In this document: positions 41,001 through 53,000 of the stretch, in pieces
Numbering within the stretch: position 1 is the first letter of the stretch
Layout of the letters: each line of letters starts with the position of its first letter
Source: an uncultured Anaerolineales bacterium
GTDB taxonomy: Bacteria > Chloroflexota > Anaerolineae > Anaerolineales > UBA11858
Length of the DNA: 64,000 bases
Assembly (NCBI GenBank): GCA_964629085.1
Contig: CAZVPR010000009.1
Span: 2,119 to 66,118 of the forward strand
Direction of reading: 5' to 3'
Translations under genes and position numbers: made by a program
The notes under the pieces: model-generated
What the model was told of the DNA's origin: nothing
Database searches by the model: none
Seen by the model: the letters and a program-made list of their open reading frames with translations, nothing else

Positions 41001-44000
41001 CGTCGGAGCTCCAGGGGAAAGCAAAGTTTATTTCTACTACTATGATGTTAGCCAATTGATCAATAAATGGCCGCAAAAATTCGTCATCAGCAAGAGTGGA
41101 GAATTTGGTGCGGCCCTCGATCTGGATCCCAGCGGTGTCTTGCTGGTTGGAGCGCCAGCCGCTAGTGGCACTGGTGAAGCATATATATATCATCGTGATG
41201 GAACTGATGCTTGGAACTTGAAAGCAACCTTGAAGTCAGTCAGCCAGCAGAGCGGAGAACGTTTTGGTGCTGCAGTAGCCTTGAAGCAGTATAGCGGCCG
41301 TGCAGTTGTCGGTTCGCCCAATTACAGTGGTGGCGAAGGCAAAGCGCAACAGGGCGCAGTTTGGGTCTTTGATGCCAATGGCAACGACTGGTACGTGGTT
41401 GCACGCCTGACTGCTGATGGTGGTTTGCCGCCGGATGAAGCTACTCATGAAGGTAATGCTGGGGATCACTTTGGCGCCAGCGTAGCCATTACAGAATGGT
41501 ACGACTCTTCCGCTTCTCTCTGGCGAACTTATGTTGCAGTTGGTGCACCCGATTTTGACGGCAACAGCCTCAACCAAGGCAAAGTCTATCTCTTCTACCG
41601 CCATCAGCGCGGCTGTGGTACGGGTTGTGACTCGATTGGCTGGACTCGCTCACTCAATCTTTCCTCGAGCACACCGGCTGAGAACGAATATTTTGGTACA
41701 GCTTTGGCCATGCAAAGTAGACGGTTGGTTGTCGGCATTCCAGGGTTCAACGAATCTGATACCGATAACAATATCACTCGCGAATCGATTGGCACAATCC
41801 ATACCTATACAACAAATGGTAGTGTGGATGTCAATGACATTACTAATGCCGATACCGGTTTATATCGGGCCGAAGCGTTGAGCGGAACTGGCAATTTTGG
41901 CCGTCAGGTTTTCTACGATCCGACCTACGATGAATTGATCGTCTCTGCCTATGGCGAAAGCAAAGTTTATATCTATACCAATGAGGGGCTGCATTGGCGC
42001 CTAATTCAGACGTTGGCCCAGAGTGGGAAATTCGGGTTTGATATGGATAAGTATGGAACCGGCTTGCTGATCGGCGCACCGGATGGTAATAAGGTTTATC
42101 TCTACAAGCGTGGTGCCGATGGTTGGGCACTTGCCCATACCATCACAGGACCCGATGGCGCAAAGGAATTTGGTGCCTCCGTTGCCCTTCATGATGGTGA
42201 TATCCTCGTCGGCGCTCCCAAGACCGAATTGTGGTATTACCATAAGAAGCAGGGCGTGGAAGGATATAAAATCAATTTGGGCACGACGGGCGCAGCTTTT
42301 GCCTACGGCTGGAGTAATTTGAGGGAAAAATATATTGGGGTTGATTTCTTCATGCCTTGGGATAAAGATCAGATGTATTTCACCGAGAAATCCTTTGATG
42401 TCGATGGTTATACCTACGATATCGTTGGCTATGATGCTAGCTCTACCCCTTATTGGACCTCCTTCAAAGGTGAATTCACACCAGATGGCCCCTGGGCCCG
42501 CTTCTACTATGGGGATGGAGCCAGCGATTATAAGGAATACAATTTCTCAGTCGATGGCATGGTGGGTTACAGGGATATCGAGAATGAAGATAAATTAGAT
42601 GACAAGATCAAGCGCATTGTTATCGGACCTTTGGCCTGTGCCGGCGTTTTAGACAAAGGTGACCCGGAAGGGTTTGTAAAATGCAATGACTCCTGGACAG
42701 AAACATTGGATGTCACGCTTCCAGATAGCATCAAGAACTCGAGCGATGGATTGTTCGTCTTCAGCGGGGTGGAAAACTATTCGCCTGAAGGCTGGTCAGG
42801 TACGAGAAAACCTGCTGTTGGGTTAAACACAAAAGATGGACCGGAAGGGCGTGTGTTGTACTTCCCCGGACCTGATCTCTACATAACATCTGATCAAAGG
42901 TATATCCTGGATGGTACCCCGTACACTGTCGATGATAATGATGACGAAGTAACGTTGTATGCATACTCTTGTGCATTATATTTCGATGATGCTGATGCAG
43001 CTGATACCTGGTATGCCTGTAGTGAAGATGGCAGCCAGGTGTTCATCGATGCGGCCAACCCTCATGGCACCGGCTATACCGGCGAAGATATCGATTATTT
43101 GGGTGTATTCACCTATACCGATGAAGTTGGGAAACTGTTTCGCACAAAATTCGCAACGTTGAAAGTCAATGTGACAGCATTACAAAATGCTTATTTTGGC
43201 AGTGCGGTTGAATTCGATAGCAATGGCTTAGTTTTCATCGGTGCACCTGGAATTACTCGACAGTACTCCAAGGGCAGTGGATACGGCAGTATCAATAACT
43301 TTTCAACACCATTTGATGATTTCCATGCTCCCTATGAGGTTGGCCCCTACCCAGTGGGTTTGTTCAGCAATGATTCCTATAAAACGGGTACTGCCAATGA
43401 AATCTACGCTGATGGCAGTTCTATTCATTGGCTCTCCGATTTTGCCAGCCTAAACTATACAGGAAATTACAAAATTGTTGGCAAGCCCGGCGAAAACAAA
43501 GCCCACCTGTATGAAAACGGTACTTTCCAATCCACTTTGCGCAGTGATCACAATGTAGATAAGTTTGGCCATGGTCTGGCCGTCGTCCACACTGGTCATT
43601 TCGTGGTGGGTACCGGCACTGCAGGCCAACTGTTCAACTTCCGCCAACGAGGTCCTGAATGGGACTATAAATCCAACACCATTCCCGAGGCCCTGCCTAC
43701 TGCCAAGTTCGGCACCAGCGTGGATATTGATGGCTACACGGCCGTGGTTGGGGCGCCCGAGTACGATCATCGCGGTGCCGCATTCATCTTCGAGAAGGAT
43801 CCTGGTCAGGAAACCTGGACTTTGAAATACCAGGTGGAAGGCGCCGGCACCGGAAAGGGAGATGATTTCGGTGCGGCAGTTGCTCTCGATAGCGGTCGCC
43901 TGATTGTTGGTGCGCCCAATGCCAACTCCAAGAAAGGCTCTGTATATATTTTCGATCAGGTTGGTAAAAGCTGGACGCAGGTAAATCGGCTCGCTCCGAC

Positions 44001-47000
44001 AAACCTTTCGGGTTCTGCCCATTTCGGAAGTGCGGTCGATATCTTCAAGGAATACGCTGTGGTTGGCGCACCAGATATGAATGCCGTTTATACCTACCAG
44101 CGCCAGAACGCAGAATGGGAGCAGAAGCAGCAAATCAACGGCAGTGGTACCTTTGGTAGCAGCGTGGCCATAGATTATGGCACAATGATCGTTGGTGCCC
44201 CAACGGCCAATGGGAATGCCGGCAACGCTTTAGTTTACACATTAGGTGGCAGCACCTGGAGCTACCAGGATACGCTCACAGCGACCGATGGTGCATCAGG
44301 CGATAAATTTGGAACATCCGTAGACATAAGTATGTACACCACCGGTGGGCCCACAGCCATCGTGGGTGCGCCCGTGAAGAACAATTCGACCGGTGCAGCG
44401 TACACGTTTACTCGCAACGGAAGCACCTGGTCGCAGCAGCAGAATATCTCCTTCAACGGAACTTATTCCTATTACGCCGTTGGAGCGGGAGATAATTATG
44501 GCTTTGACGTCGCAATCGACGAGGACCTCCTGGTTGTAGGCGCCTATAAGGCGTCCGTTTCTCGTAAGACGGGTGACGATTTGTTGACCCGAGTCGATGA
44601 AGGTGCGGCTTTTGCTTTCGGTCTCAACAATGGTACCTGGCAGCTCCAGACCGTAACCAAACCGCTCTTCGGCTCCGATGCAGACAACCAGGATTATATT
44701 GGCTACTCCGTAGCCATTAGTGGATCTCTGGCCCTGGCCGGCGCGCCTCAGTTGCACGGGCGCTTCGGTAACGCTATTGACACTGACGGTGCTGGCTATG
44801 TCTATATCACCGAGCTCTCAGCTCCGATGACCGTCACATTACCGAAGGCGGTCACTACCATCATCGCTGGCGAAAAGTCCAACGTCGTCAGCGGTACTGC
44901 TGGTAACGAAGAGATCACTGAACTGCGTTTCTTCGATATCAAATCCGTCTCCTTGACCACTGGGGCCGGGAATCATGCTGACAAAGTCCGACTGGACAGC
45001 GATGGCTTGCAGGCCTTTGGCTTGCGCCAGTTCTCCGTCAGCACCGGCCCCGGAGAGGATACTTTCACAATCGAGACGGACGATCTCAGTCTGCCCACTG
45101 AAGGCGATTTCGTGCCTGGTGACCTCAGCAGTTATAACGAGGGTGACACGTTGACCGAGGAGCAGTCCAATCAACTATATACCAAGGTCAACACCAGCTT
45201 TAGTTATTCTGGTGGGGTGGACTCGAACAGTGACAAAGTTATCTTCGCATCCGACTCCGACCTGACCTTGACAGGAAATGCCCTGGTTTCTCCGATTAAA
45301 GGCATATTGTATCTATACACCGTCAAAGAAGTTGTGCTCAGCGCCGGCCCCAGCGATAATATCATTCGCGGCAGCGGTTGGACCGGAACGCTCACCATGG
45401 ACGGGGCCGGCGGGGATGATCGTTTCGAACTAGATTTGAGCACCCTCTCCAACGCTTTCGTCCGCGATAGCGGCACTAACCCGGAAGAGAAGGATCAGCT
45501 TACCATTTTAGGAACCAGCTCGAACGACGTCTTCCTGGCCGAAGGCACCTTGATCAGCGTGGGTGGCAAGTTTATCGATGTGGCTGCCAGCGGAGCCGAA
45601 AGCATCCGCATAGCCGCACTGGCAGGTGACGATATTATCACGGTCAACACCATCGAGATGAGCGATATTGCTCTGGATGGCATGGCTGGCAGTGATACCT
45701 ACAATCTCAATATCTGCGATTGCACCGCAGCGATCACGGTCAAAGACAGCGATGTCTGGGGCGATGACACCTTGCGCATCAACGGCAGCGAAGGTGACGA
45801 GGCTTTCACAATTAGTGAAACCGTCACCACCTGCGGCGACTCGGTTGTTATTCGCCACGACAATTCTTTTGAAACTTTCATCGTCGACGGCAAAGACGGC
45901 CAGGACAGCTTCGTTATCACCGGCAACCCTTGGAATATCTACGGCAGCTCGACAGTTTACGCCGGCGCCGGCGACGATGTTATCCGGGTCAGCGATATCA
46001 ACAAATTCGGCCTGACCATCGACGGTGGCAGCGGCTCCGACAGCTATCGCATTGCCGCTTCCCTGAGTGGTCCCCTTACCGCCAACGATCCCAGCGGCAC
46101 GGATTACATCTTGATCGATGGCACCAGCGGCGCCGATATAGTCGATGTCTCATCAACGCAAATTACTCTCAATGGCTCCAACTTGTACAGTTTTGCCAGC
46201 TTCAGCAACGGCGGGCTGCAGGTCACGGGCATTGAGGGCGTCAACCTGGATTTGCTGGCCGGCAACGACCAGGTTACGTTCACCAGCCTGCCCACCAATG
46301 TCGCTTTAGCGGTCAGCGGTGGTGACGGTGCCGATGCCTTCACGCTCGATAATCTGGCCTCGCTCTACCTGAGTGGCGTTCAGTATGACTTACGGATTTA
46401 TGGTAATGCTGATGCAGATACTCTGGATGTGGATGCCACCGGAGTCGGCACCGGTTCATTATATGAGAATTATTTGTCTGGGTTCGGGTTGCTTCGCCCG
46501 GTTTACTTCTACGACCCCAAAGGCTTTACAGCTGCCTTAGCCCTCAGCTCTGGGGATGACACTCTTACTCGAGGCGCCAGCCTGGGTTCATGGACGGTGG
46601 ATGCCGATGCGGGCACTGACACCCTGATAGCATCTGCTGAGGATCTTACCTGGCAAATCACCGAGAACGACGGTGGATACATCAACAGTCTTGACGAATT
46701 CATTTTCACTTCATTCGAAAACCTGACCGGAGGCCCTGGCACTGACGAATTCATCTTCGCCGATGGCGTCAGCCTGACAGGCGCTCTCGACGGGCGTGGC
46801 GGGGTGGATACACTCAACTTGAGCAACCTGGCTACCGCACAAACGGTGACCCTGACCGGAAATGGCAGCACAGATGGTTTCGCAGGCACCCAGGCAGTCA
46901 TCGGCGGTAGTTTCGATAACCTCGATGCGCTGGTCGGCACAAGCAAGGACGATACCCTTCAGGGTGCCGACCTGGAGAATGTCTGGAAGGTCAACACGGC

Positions 47001-50000
47001 CAATGGTGGCAAACTCAATAATAAATTCAACTTCACGTCAATTGAGAAACTGGTTGGCAATGCGCAGAAAGACACGCTGGACTACAGCACATACGCCAGC
47101 GCCCGCAGCGTAGCGATCACCAGCACAGTTAGCCAGGATGGCTACAGTGGGACAGATAGCTCCCTGGGTGTAGGTTTTGAGAAGTTCGATGCTCTGGTGG
47201 GCAGCGGCAATAATGACACGCTGACCGGACCAAATGCAGTCAACACCTGGAAGATGACGGCTGCCAACAGCGGAAAACTCAACAATGTCTTCAGCTTCTC
47301 CTCAATTGAGAAACTGGTTGGCAATGCGCAGAAAGACACGCTGGACTACAGCACATACGCCAGCGCCCGCAGCGTAGCGATCACCAGCACAGTTAGCCAG
47401 GATGGCTACAGTGGGACAGATAGCTCCCTGGGTGTAGGTTTTGAGAAGTTCGATGCTCTGGTGGGCAGCGGCAATAATGACACGCTGACCGGACCAAATG
47501 CAGTCAACACCTGGAAGATGACGGCTGCCAACAGCGGAAAACTCAACAATGTCTTCAGCTTCTCCTCAATTGAGAAACTGGTTGGCAATGCGCAGAAAGA
47601 CACGCTGGACTACAGCACATACGCCAGCGCCCGCAGCGTAGCGATCACCAGCACAGTTAGCCAGGATGGCTACAGTGGGACAGATAGCTCCCTGGGTGTG
47701 GGTTTCGAGAAGTTCGATAATCTGGTGGGCAGCGGCAATAATGACACGCTGACCGGACCCAATGCAGTCAACACATGGAAGATGACGGCTGTCAGCGCTG
47801 GCAAACTCAACGATGTCTTCAGCTTCTCATCGGTAGAAAATCTGATCGGTAACGCCAAGAGCGACACGCTGGATTACAGTGGATATGGCAGCGCTCGCAG
47901 TGTGGAAATCACCAGCCTGGTCAGCAATGATGGTTTCACGGGGACGGACGCTTCCTTGGGCGTTGACTTCGAGAAATTTGATGACCTAAAAGGCAGCGCC
48001 TTCAATGACACACTGATCGGACCCGATGCAATCAATACCTGGAAGATGACGGCTGCCAATCAGGGCAAGCTCAACGAAATCTTCAGCTTCTCTTCAGTAG
48101 AAAAACTGATCGGTAACGCCAAGAAGGACACCCTGAATTACAGCGGTTACGGCAGCGCTCGCAGCGTGGAAATCACCAGCACGGTCAGCAAGGATGGCTA
48201 CACTGGGACAGATAGCTCCCTGGGTGTGGGTTTCGAGAAGTTCGATGATCTGGTGGGCAGCGGCAATAATGACACGCTGACTGGTCCCAATGCAGTCAAC
48301 ACCTGGAAGATGACGGCTGCAAACCAGGGCAAGCTCAACAATGTCTTCAGCTTCTCCTCAATAGAGAAGCTGGTTGGCAACAGCCAGGACGATATTTTGG
48401 ACTTTAGCGCATATGGCAGCAGCCGAAATGTGATCATCGCTAGCAATGGTGGCCCAGAAGGCTGGACCGGAATCGAAAGCTCCTTGACAGTCGGTTTTGT
48501 CAACTTCGACGCAGTTGCCGGCAGCAGTAAGAATGACACCCTGACGGGCCCTAATTCGCCAAACCATTGGAAATTACTTTTTGATAATGGGGGCACACTC
48601 AACGATTTATTCGTATTCGATTCAATCGAGAAGCTGGTTGGTGGCAAAAAGGATGACATTCTCGATTTCAGTGGTTTCGGAAGTACCCGCAGAGTAGTGT
48701 TGACAGGAGCTGGCTCAAACAAGGGCTACGCCGGAACTGAAGATTCCCTCGGTGTTGGCTTCGATAATATCAACTCCATGTTTGGTAGCCGTGAAGCGGA
48801 CACTCTTGTTGGCCCAAATACTATCAATGAATGGAAGGTAATGGCCAACGATGCTGGAATATTGAATGACATCTTGCTCTTTGGATCGGTGGAGAACCTC
48901 ACGGGAGCTGGGCAGGCTGATGAATTTGTCTTCAGTGATGGCGTTGGTATCAGTGGGGAGGTTGATGGCGGCTCCGGGAACAGTAACACCCTGAACTACA
49001 TTGCGCATAGCCATGAAAACGCTGTTGAGGTAGATCTGACAATTGGATCGGCCACGAACACAGCTGGAATCTCCAATATCCAGCACCTGATTGGCGGCAG
49101 CGGCGCTGACACCCTCACTGGCGATGCTGAGGACAATCACATCACGGGCGGCCCAGGCAACGATAACCTCAGCGGCGGCCTGGGTGATGATGGTTATTTC
49201 TTTGGCAACAACTGGGGCGATGATCTCATCAATGAGCTTGCCAATGCTGGCAGTGACACATTGAATTTTGCGGCTGTCACCAATGGCCTGACCGCCACAT
49301 TCTCTGGGATCCTCACGATTGTGGATACAGCTGCCCAGCAGGTCAAACACGCTGCTGACAACATTGAAACCATCATCGGTGGCAGCGGGGCCGATTTATT
49401 CATTATCCTGGATACGATCACCTTCAGCGGCACATTGGATGGCGATGCAGGCGAAGATACCCTGGATTTGAGCCAGTACAACAGCAGCGTTTCGATGAGC
49501 CTGGGTTCACAAACCGTTACTGCCGGTGGGATCAGCCTGACGGTTGCCAATATCGAACATTTTAATGGCGGCAAGGGCGATGACTTGATCATCAGCGGCT
49601 CCGAGGATGAATTACTGGTTGGCGGCCCCGGCGACGATACCTACATCTTTACTGACAACTGGGGCCAGGATACCGTCATTGAGACCTCCGGTGGCGGCAC
49701 AGATACATTTAACTTCAGCGCTGTAACCAAGAGGGTCCACATCATTCTTGGCAGTATCATTGTTGATGATGGCTTCGGCAATATGGCCAATTACACCGGC
49801 AGCAGTGTTGAGAAGATATTGGGTGGACAGGGAGACGATACCATCATTTTCAGCGTTGATGGCGTACAGTTAGCAGGCGGCAAAGGCACCATCGACGGCG
49901 GCCCAGGCCAGAATACGCTCGATTACAGCGCATATACGACCACAGTCGAGGTTGATCTTGAAGCCGGGACGGCCACAGGGACGGGCGGAATTGCAAACAT

Positions 50001-53000
50001 TCAGCATGTTCTTGGCGGCAGCGGTGACGATGTTCTAATGGGCGACCAGGCAGAAAATAAGATCAAAGGTCAGGGAGGGACAGATACCCTCAAAGGCGCA
50101 GCAGGGAACGATTTGTTGCAGGGTGGTTCCGGCGATGATATTCTCCATGGCGGTGATGACAACGATACGTTGAGCGGTGGCGCGGGTGATGATCAGCTAT
50201 TTGGGGATGCCGGAAATGATATCCTAAATGGAGATGATGATAATGATACGCTCAACGGTGGTGAGGGCAATGATATTCTCACAGACCTTTCGGGTGACAA
50301 TACACTCTTAGGTGAAACAGGAAATGATCAACTCACCGCTGGCGGTGGTGTCGATATCCTGCGTGGTGGTGATGATAATGACACATTGGCCGGTGGCGCG
50401 GGGGATGATCAGCTCTTCGGTGATGGTGGCGATGACACCCTCAATGGCAATGGTGGCGATGATTTGCTCTCTGGCGGCAGCGGGCAAAATACTTATCGGT
50501 TCGATGCGAACTTTGGCCAGGATACCATCGCAGCTGCAAGCGGTTTCGACATCATTGACCTGTCAACATTTGGATTAGATTTCACTACGACATTTGGCGC
50601 CAAAGTGCTTATTGAGGATGGCAGCGGCTCAACCATCAGTGCTTCTGGATCTGAAATTGAATTGTTGAAGACCGGCAGCGGGGCTGATCATTTCAAATTT
50701 GAAGCTCAGGGCAGTCTTGTTGGAACCATAGATGCTGGAACCGGGGTTGACCGGCTTGATTTTAGCCTTTATCCCAGCCCGGTGAGTGTCGCACTTACCC
50801 AAGCAGGAACCCAGCAGGGTTGGGCGGGTACAGCCAATCTCGTAGGTGGGTTTGATAATATCGAATATGCAATTGGTGGCGCTGCTAAAGATACGCTGAC
50901 CGGAATCGACACGGTTGGTTCTTGGGATGTGAGGAATGTGACCGATCATCAATACACTAACAACAGCAGGACACTTAATTTCATTGGCTTTGACAGGTTG
51001 GTTGGTGGCAGCGGATCCGACAGCTTCCAAATTGGTAACTCGCAGGCTCTCGATTTATTCGGTGGACAAGGCGCAGATAATTTCACTTTTACAGACCAGT
51101 CCTCGCTGTCGGGCACCATTGACGGTGGCGCTGACAGCGACACCATCGATTTGAGCGCTTATACTCAAGGATTTGATGTTGCGCTCAGTCAGACCGGCAG
51201 CATCGATGGATTCGTGGGTTCGATTGCCGGGCTGGTAACTCGCTTTGAAAACCTAAACAATCTTATTGGAGGTTCGGGAACCGATAGCTTGGCTGGACTA
51301 AATATCGGCAATACTTGGACCTTTGACAATACAAATAGCTATCAAAGCAGCGGCCAATCCTTGACCTTCTCCGGGTTGGATACATTGCAAAGCGGTCATG
51401 CAAATGACACCTTCCTGGTAATTGCCGACCAGGATCTCAGCCTGGATGGCGGCCCAGGGAACGATGAATTTATCTTCACCAATAGGGCAGTGCTTACAGG
51501 CAGCCTCTCTGGTGGCAGCGGTTACGACACCCTTGATTTCAGTAATTATGTTACCTCGACGGCGGGTTCAGGCTTCGAGGTTCGCCTGGACCTGGTAAGT
51601 GGGTCAGCCAACTTTGCTCTCGGCGGAGCCAGCCAGGTTGAAAAAGTCCTCGGAAGCATTGGAAAGGATTCCCTGACAGGTAGTAGCGATCCTGTGGAAT
51701 TCCATGGTGATGATGGAGATGATTTGCTCACCGGTGGCCACGGTGCAGATATCCTTTTCGGTCATGAAGGAAATGACATCATTTTCGGGGGCTCCGGAAA
51801 CGACAGAATTTATGGTGGGGCAGGCATAGACCGGATTGATGGCCAGGCGGGTGTTGATACGATTTACTTTGGGGACGATTGGGGTATTGACATCCTAGCA
51901 GATGACAGTGGCAATGTGACCGACATTATGGACTTCTCCGAAACGACCCGTGATCTTACTTTAGTGTTGGGTAGTGTCGTAGCAAAAACTGGAGGCAATA
52001 TAGCCGCTCATGCTGGAGCAACAATTAGACAGGTTATTGGTAGCGGCGGAAATGATCACTTCATTGTTTCACCTCTCACTGGTGGTCTACCAGTAATTGC
52101 GGATGGTGGAGGAGGAATTGATCTCATTGATTACAGCCAATATAAATCCGGAGTGATTGTCAATTTTGATCAAGGGACAGCTACCGATTTGGTACAAATC
52201 AGAAATATTGAAAGCGCTTTGGGATCTGAATTCAATGATCACTTTGTCGGGAGTCTAGGATTGGACATATTCTATGGCAGTGATGGCATTGATGTCGCTG
52301 TAAATATCCAGTGTGGATATGATGTTTTGGTAGATATTGAGAACGTAAAATGTAAGGTTGAAGAATTGGTATCATCTCTCCCCGCCCTCTCTTTTGGTCC
52401 GCCAGAGGACGAGCCCAAAGAATTGATCATTGAACGAAAATCGTTGAGCTTCCTCCCGAAAATTATTGTCGTCCACTCACAATCGGGTTGGGTTGAGTTA
52501 TTCGATATGGCTCCTACAATTCTGATAAATGGCATATCTACGTTATTAGATATTTCCAGTGACCAAATTCAAGCACAAGTTCAATACCTTTCCCATATTA
52601 ACCATGGACCACATATTGCCCCTTGGGCAGGGGATTTGATTGAATTACCCTTGAATGTTGCGGAAGCCGGAAATATTGAGCCGTGGGATTTGCCTGATAT
52701 GTCTTCCATAAATCAAAATTGGCATATGATTTTAGGGGATGATGAATTTTCTTGGAAATTGTTCGACAATAAATCTGATATTGAGTCGGGTTTGGTTGTG
52801 AAAGCGGGTCACAAAGAGTGGACAGTTAGAATTGATGATCAGGTTGAAACAGCACAAAATGTAGATTTGCAGATTGGCTCATTTATTCCTCTTGGTGATG
52901 AAATCTTTGATGAATTGAATATTGAAGTAAATACAGTCTATTCATGGCAAATCCTAAAGTCCATGAAGCTTGAGTTAAAAACACAGAGCACAGAACAAAT

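Noticed and set aside
47041-47699. Perfect direct repeats that might be mistaken for a CRISPR array or a satellite.
   Set aside because: The unit is 264 nt with no spacers. It is in frame inside the giant ORF and encodes an 88-aa protein module that continues in diverged form on both sides.
23014-52535. Many 60-230-aa ORFs on the minus strand and in alternative + frames inside the giant gene (for example 36037..36600 -, 43450..44133 -, 48715..49350 -, 48198..48722 -).
   Set aside because: They are shadow ORFs of a long repetitive coding region. Their translations are low-complexity mirror images with no RBS or start context. Several are duplicated only because the sense-strand repeat is duplicated (47142..47339 and 47406..47603).
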